Source: Truepera sp. (GTDB lineage Bacteria; Deinococcota; Deinococci; Deinococcales; Trueperaceae). Taken from it: 64,000 bases of DNA. Both the position numbers and the translations under genes were made by a program. Each line of letters begins with the position of its first letter. The first letter of the stretch is position 1. Below the pieces are notes generated by a model. It saw only the letters and a list, made by a program, of their open reading frames with translations. It was not told the origin of the DNA and ran no database searches. The DNA is taken from NCBI GenBank assembly GCA_965218435.1, contig CBDCKW010000009.1, positions 3,776,001 to 3,840,000 on the forward strand, written 5' to 3'. Of this stretch, positions 58,831 to 64,000 are shown one piece after another.

Positions 58831-59678
58831 GTCAGGCGCGTCTGCCAAACACGCACAAGGGCCGCCGCCGCGTCTCTAACGTCGTAGCAGCTTTGCTGGT
58901 CGCACTGTTGACCCTGGTCGTGTTGCTCCCGCTTTTTTTGGTCTTGTATTACCTGCTGATCGAAGGACTGCCTGCGTTTAACTTGGAGCTTTTCCGTATC
59001 CCTCAAGGGGGCGACCTCGTAGGCCGGATCGGCCACGCGATCGTCGGGACGGGTATCTTGGTCGCAATTGCTACGGTGATCGGCGCAACGCTGGGCATCG
59101 CTACGGGCATCTTTATCGTCGAATTTAATACGCACCCCCTGGTGAGACCTGTGCGGCTGATGGCCGACGTGTTGTTAGGCGTTCCCGCGATCGTGATGGG
59201 CCTGGTTGCTTACGGCTTGCTCGTTGTTGGCGGCGGCTACAGCGCCTGGTCGGGCGGGTTCGCGCTCGGGCTGATTATGATTCCCTACGTCACGCGTGCA
59301 ACCGAAGAAGTACTTAAGCTCGTTCCCCGGAGTTTGCGCGAGGCTGGGTACGCGCTCGGGCTCCCGAAGTGGCGCATCACGCTCTTTATCGTCCTACCCA
59401 GCGCCGTTAACGGCATCGTTACCGGGACGCTGCTCGCGGTTGCTCGTATTGCAGGAGAGGCCGCGCCGCTGCTCTTTACTGCTTTTGGCAACAACTTTTT
59501 TAACACCAACCCTAGTCAGCCGATTCAGGCACTGCCCCTGCTCATCTACCGCTACGCCCGCTATCCCGATCCCGGACTCGTTAAAACCGCCTGGGCCACC
59601 TCGTTATTTCTCGTTTTTCTCGTGCTGATCACTACGCTGATCACCCGCTACGTGTTTAGAGGACGTGTGACCCGATGA
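58827..59678 (+). CDS. pstA: Phosphate ABC transporter permease
   Basis: [30 protein letters not shown]. Confidence 0.96.
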   Translation: MSQARLPNTHKGRRRVSNVVAALLVALLTLVVLLPLFLVLYYLLIEGLPAFNLELFRIPQGGDLVGRIGHAIVGTGILVAIATVIGATLGIATGIFIVEFNTHPLVRPVRLMADVLLGVPAIVMGLVAYGLLVVGGGYSAWSGGFALGLIMIPYVTRATEEVLKLVPRSLREAGYALGLPKWRITLFIVLPSAVNGIVTGTLLAVARIAGEAAPLLFTAFGNNFFNTNPSQPIQALPLLIYRYARYPDPGLVKTAWATSLFLVFLVLITTLITRYVFRGRVTR

Positions 59679-60532
59679 CGCAAGTACAGCCACAAAAACA
59701 AACTCGAGCGCCGACACGAGCTGACGAAGCGGGCGCTACCACCAGAGACACGCTGGTCGCTGCTGAAAATGTCAGCGTGTTTTACGGCAACTTTCAGGCG
59801 GTGCGTTTTGTCACGCTCGAGATCGAACCCAACACCGTCACGGCGCTGATCGGCCCGTCGGGGTGCGGCAAGACGACCTTTTTACGGGCGCTCAACCGGA
59901 TGCACGACCTGACGCCCGGTGCCCGCATCGAAGGTAAACTGAGTTTTCACGGGCAGAATATTTACAGTAAAAATGTAGACGCCGTAGACGTGCGCCGCCG
60001 CATCGGGATGGTGTTTCAAAAACCCAACCCGTTTCCCACGATGAGCATCTACGAAAACGTCGTTTCGGGTCTTAAACTAGCCGGTGTCCGTAACAGAGCG
60101 CAGCTAGACGAGGTGGTCGAACGTTCGCTCAAACAAGCTGCGCTCTGGGACGAGGTCAAAGACCGGCTGAAAACGCCTGCGACCGGTCTTTCGGGTGGTC
60201 AACAGCAGCGCCTCTGCATCGCCCGGTCGCTCGCCGTAGAGCCGGAGGTATTGCTGATGGACGAGCCCACCTCGGCGCTCGACCCGCAATCTACGCAGCG
60301 GATTGAAGAGCTGATGGAAACGCTTAAAAAAGAGGTCACTATCATTATCGTGACGCACAACTTGCAGCAAGCGGGCCGCGTCTCAGACCGTACGGCGTTT
60401 TTTCTCTTGGACCAGTCGGTTTTGTCCCAAGAGGGCTCGAGTAGCCTCATCGAGTTCGACGCGACCGACAAGCTTTTTACCAATCCGAGTGACCCGCGTA
60501 CCGAAGCGTATATTACCGGGCGGTTCGGTTAG
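59675..60532 (+). CDS. pstB: Phosphate ABC transporter ATP-binding protein
   Basis: [41 protein letters not shown]. Confidence 0.97.
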   Translation: MTQVQPQKQTRAPTRADEAGATTRDTLVAAENVSVFYGNFQAVRFVTLEIEPNTVTALIGPSGCGKTTFLRALNRMHDLTPGARIEGKLSFHGQNIYSKNVDAVDVRRRIGMVFQKPNPFPTMSIYENVVSGLKLAGVRNRAQLDEVVERSLKQAALWDEVKDRLKTPATGLSGGQQQRLCIARSLAVEPEVLLMDEPTSALDPQSTQRIEELMETLKKEVTIIIVTHNLQQAGRVSDRTAFFLLDQSVLSQEGSSSLIEFDATDKLFTNPSDPRTEAYITGRFG

Positions 60533-60748
60533 GCGTTTAGTTGGGCTAGGCCAAGCCAGCCGACTGTGGTGGGTCACTTCAGCGCCTACGTCTGCATGTA
60601 CGGTTGCGGCCTCAAAGGGCGGAGATAACGACGGCTACTGTGACTGCTGTAAGCGTGACCCTTACAGTTGGGCGGAGACTGGCGTTGCGGTTGCTTTGAG
60701 CTGGGACCAGCCGCGTTTAAGAGCGGCGCATCCCTTTTGAGTTTTGCT

Positions 60749-61612
60749 TTACTGGCGAAAAAATGCCCAGATCGCTGCTGTCGCATCGAAATCGGACGTC
60801 TCCGGCCTTGGCCAGCGATGTTCGCCTCTACTAAGAGCATAAAGTGCTAAGCGGTCACCGGCGGGGCACCCTGTAAAGGTGATGAGGCGAACCTCTGTTT
60901 TGGGATTCGCTTGGACGGTGGGTAAGGCAGTCGTCTCGAGGTCGGCACTGCATCCCATATAGTTCGCCCAAAATTCGAGCGTCTGCGGGACTGAATAGAG
61001 AATCGGAATGTGCCTGCCCGCAACCTCACGTGTCAACCCGTCCCAGGGGACGTTGGTATCGGCTGTACCGTGAACGAAAAGAAACGTAAGTGGGTACGCG
61101 CCAGGACACGTTTCGGCCATACCGCCAAAGCCGGTTGCCGCAACCGCCGCAAAGCCTGCGTAACGCTCTGGGGTGCTACACGCCAGCCGCTCGGTCATAA
61201 AACCACCATTGGAAAACCCAACAACGTAAAGGCGTTGGGGGTCGATACGGACTTCCCCACTAATTTTCCGCACGAGGGCGTCTAAAAATGCTACGTCGTC
61301 AGGTGCATTTTCAGGATACCCCGGAATCCCTGCGGTATAGTTCCATTCGCCACCTTCCGCGTCGGGGTAGAGCACGACAAAATCTTCTTGTTCAGCTAAG
61401 CGGTTAAATCCGGTACGTTTCGCCATAGCTGCGCCTGTCTCGGCCCTACCGTGAAGTGCGATCACCAGGGGTAGCGGTGCGTCTTTCTGGGACTGCGGAA
61501 CGAAGACCTCATAGTGCCGCGTCAGTCCAGCCGCCTCGAGGTTGCCTGATTGCAGGCCAGCCGCACTGACCCAGCCGAGTACAAGAAAAGTAACAATACC
61601 TAGCGGTCGCAT
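60749..61612 (-). CDS. Secreted LpqC/PHB-depolymerase-like alpha/beta hydrolase
   Basis: PLVIALHG, DDVAF, GFSNGG nucleophile, HGTAD, EHRWP. Confidence 0.88.
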   Translation of the reverse strand: MRPLGIVTFLVLGWVSAAGLQSGNLEAAGLTRHYEVFVPQSQKDAPLPLVIALHGRAETGAAMAKRTGFNRLAEQEDFVVLYPDAEGGEWNYTAGIPGYPENAPDDVAFLDALVRKISGEVRIDPQRLYVVGFSNGGFMTERLACSTPERYAGFAAVAATGFGGMAETCPGAYPLTFLFVHGTADTNVPWDGLTREVAGRHIPILYSVPQTLEFWANYMGCSADLETTALPTVQANPKTEVRLITFTGCPAGDRLALYALSRGEHRWPRPETSDFDATAAIWAFFRQ

Positions 61613-61931
61613 AAACTGTTATAACGCGTTCGTAAAGGGTTGGCCGCAACTAACGATGACGGCACGACAAGCTAAAAGCTGCCACGCAAGTCTGTAGCGT
61701 AGCCCCAAAGCGAGCCGTGCTTTGGTCTTAGCTCGCACCGCTGCTGTCCGGGCATTACCTCTGCTTCTCTTAAACGGCTACTTGCCACCTTGCCCCACAC
61801 GGTATTTTTGCAGTCCGACGCGTTATCTTCTTAACTACGCTGCGGCCTTGCGGGTGCTCGCATAATGTGCTCTTGCAGCGCCGTTATCTTTGTAAGGATT
61901 TTGTCAGCCGCGTACTGTTACGCTGGCCTTT

Positions 61932-64000
61932 ATGAACGCACCGCTCGAGCTTCAAGCTGAAACCGATTTTAGCGGGGTCTATGAGAAGGTTGTCGGGGTG
62001 CTCGAGGAGGGCGTCGCGGTCTTTGACGCTGACGGCCGTCTGCTAACCTGTAACCCGGCTGCTGAGCGGCTGCTCGAGCTCGAGCTGACCCAACTTAAAG
62101 GGCAAAAACTCACCGGCCCCCAGCGGTATCTGGTTGATGAAAACGGCGTAGCCCTTGCTTTTCCCGGTCACCCGGTCTACACGTGTTTTCAAAGTGGCCA
62201 AGCTGAAGCCTTCGTTTTGGGGTTGCACAAGCCGTCCGGCGCTTTTAGCTGGCTGCGGGTCAACGCTCAGCCGCTCGAGCAGGGCGGCGTAGTAACTTAC
62301 GTCGCCGTTTCGTTTACTGACATTACCGAGCAGCGTGAAACTCAGCAGCGGCTGGAGCGCGAAGCCTTTTTTCGCGCGACGCTGATCGAGGTCGTCACCG
62401 AATCGCTCCATCAGGGACTCGACGAACGGTTCTACCAGCGGCTTTTAGAGTGCGCGGTGCGGGCCATTCCTGGCGCACAGGCGGGGAGCTTGCTGCTGCT
62501 CGAGGAGGGATGTTACAAGTTTACGGCGGCTGTGGGGTATGACTTGCCAGCTTTGCAGCAGACCTATTTGCTGCCCGAAGAGATGTATAGGGGAGACGAC
62601 GCTTACAAGCTTGTACTCGCTTACGGTTTTGACAATACCAACGTCGCTGAGGAGCGGCGAAGCGTGATTGACAAGGCCGGACGCGTCCACGACATCAAGG
62701 TCTGTATGTCGATCCCGGTGGTACTTAACGGCCAAGCGGTGGCGTACTTCAGCCTCGACAACTTTCAAACCAGAGACGCGTTTAGCCGTGAGGCAACGGA
62801 GATGGGTCGTATTTTTGCCCAGCAGACGGCCGCCCTGTGGCAGCGGTTTAGGCTCGAGGCCGCGACCGAACGACTCGCCTTTTATGACGTGGTGACGAAT
62901 CTGCCTAACCGCCGTCTTTTTTACGACCGCCTGGCTCAGGCGCTGGCGCAGCGGCGCAAAGGCGAAGCCCTCGCGGTGATGTTTCTAGACCTGGACGACT
63001 TCAAAAACGTCAACGACACCTTTGGTCACGACGCGGGCGACGCACTTTTGCAAGGTATCGCCCAGCGGCTCGCCAGTGTCGTCCGGCACGGCGACACCCT
63101 TGCGCGTTGGGGGGGTGACGAGTTCGTTTTGGTCGTTCAGCTAAGCTGCAAAGAAGATGCCGCCGCTATTGCCGATAAGCTCTTGGAGGTGCTTAAGGAA
63201 CCCTTTTCGGTCACCGGCCGGACGCTCCAAGTAGAAGGTTCTATCGGGATTGACCTGCTCTCTACGCCGCTCAAAAGTGCTGAAGAGCTCGTTAAACACG
63301 CCGACATCGCGCTCTACCACGCGAAGGCGCTGGGCAAAAATAGCTACCAGTTTTTTACGCCCGAGCTGCAGCGGCGTTTGCAAGCGCGGCTCGAGCTCGA
63401 GCACGACCTGCGCGGAGCCCTGCACCGCCACGAATTAACGCTCGACTATCAACCGCGTTTTGACCTTGCGACCGGGGCCGTCACCAGCGCCGAAGCGCTC
63501 GTCCGTTGGCTTCACCCCGAACATGGTCCGGTGTCGCCCACCGAGTTTATCCCGGTAGCCGAAGCGACCGGACTCATCTTGCCGCTAGGTGAACAGGTGC
63601 TCAGCATGGCGGTAGAGCAGGCTAAGGCTTGGCAAGACGCCGGGAGCCCTTGGCGCGTGGCGGTTAATGTCAGCGCCAAACAGCTGGCGTGTTCGGATTT
63701 CGCCGGAAACGTCCAAAAAGAGCTGACCGCTCACGCTTTAGACCCCGACCGTTTAGAGCTCGAGCTTACCGAAAGCGCCGCGGTCAAAGACCTTGACGAG
63801 ACCGCCGCGCAACTCTGCAACCTTAGAAAGCTCGGCGTCCGGGTGGCGCTCGACGATTTTGGCACGGCTTACTCATCGCTGACGCAGCTTAAACGCCTGC
63901 CGCTCGACGTCCTTAAAATTGACCAGGCTTTTGTCCGTGACCTGACAGCTGAGTTTGACGCAGAAAAGTTCAACGAAGATAACTCTGGCGAAGTGAAGCC
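61932..64000 (+). CDS. PAS-GAF-GGDEF-EAL diguanylate cyclase/phosphodiesterase, 3'-truncated (not in ORF track)
   Basis: TACGCT-N7-ATG; PAS NPAAERLL; DLDDFKNVNDTFGH; RWGGDEF; AEALVRW; DDFGTGYSSL; LKIDQAFV. Confidence 0.93.
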   Translation, partial: MNAPLELQAETDFSGVYEKVVGVLEEGVAVFDADGRLLTCNPAAERLLELELTQLKGQKLTGPQRYLVDENGVALAFPGHPVYTCFQSGQAEAFVLGLHKPSGAFSWLRVNAQPLEQGGVVTYVAVSFTDITEQRETQQRLEREAFFRATLIEVVTESLHQGLDERFYQRLLECAVRAIPGAQAGSLLLLEEGCYKFTAAVGYDLPALQQTYLLPEEMYRGDDAYKLVLAYGFDNTNVAEERRSVIDKAGRVHDIKVCMSIPVVLNGQAVAYFSLDNFQTRDAFSREATEMGRIFAQQTAALWQRFRLEAATERLAFYDVVTNLPNRRLFYDRLAQALAQRRKGEALAVMFLDLDDFKNVNDTFGHDAGDALLQGIAQRLASVVRHGDTLARWGGDEFVLVVQLSCKEDAAAIADKLLEVLKEPFSVTGRTLQVEGSIGIDLLSTPLKSAEELVKHADIALYHAKALGKNSYQFFTPELQRRLQARLELEHDLRGALHRHELTLDYQPRFDLATGAVTSAEALVRWLHPEHGPVSPTEFIPVAEATGLILPLGEQVLSMAVEQAKAWQDAGSPWRVAVNVSAKQLACSDFAGNVQKELTAHALDPDRLELELTESAAVKDLDETAAQLCNLRKLGVRVALDDFGTAYSSLTQLKRLPLDVLKIDQAFVRDLTAEFDAEKFNEDNSGEVK

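Overview
Bacterial chromosomal window, roughly 58% GC by eye, most likely Deinococcota (Trueperaceae-like). This is inferred from a DdrA-type Rad52 protein, pervasive leaderless TANNNT-N5-8-start genes and strong over-representation of CTCGAG. Most of the window is housekeeping and metabolic: an M16 peptidase pair, mobA, hemG/Y, SCO, metK, a thiolase, moaA, fdhD with an FdhF/YdeP oxidoreductase and an OFA transporter, tyrA, a BaeSR-like two-component system, cdd, pstSCAB, and a PAS-GAF-GGDEF-EAL gene that runs off the end. It also holds an AdhR/NmlR-like aldehyde-stress cluster, one IS5-family element and a low-GC astacin/lipoprotein islet. The most unusual elements are: (1) a BTAD-NB-ARC-TPR regulator divergent from three small secreted proteins, with the same 11-bp-phased operator repeated upstream of a secreted SnoaL-like/sulfite-oxidase pair; (2) an orphan YcaO translationally coupled to a degenerate NodB-type deacetylase; (3) a ~160-nt structured sRNA candidate starting with a 16-nt complement of the 16S rRNA 3' end; (4) a LexA-like/DdrA-like/zinc-finger microprotein cassette; (5) several microproteins missed by the ORF track. 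All calls come from motif recognition by eye; no database searches were run.
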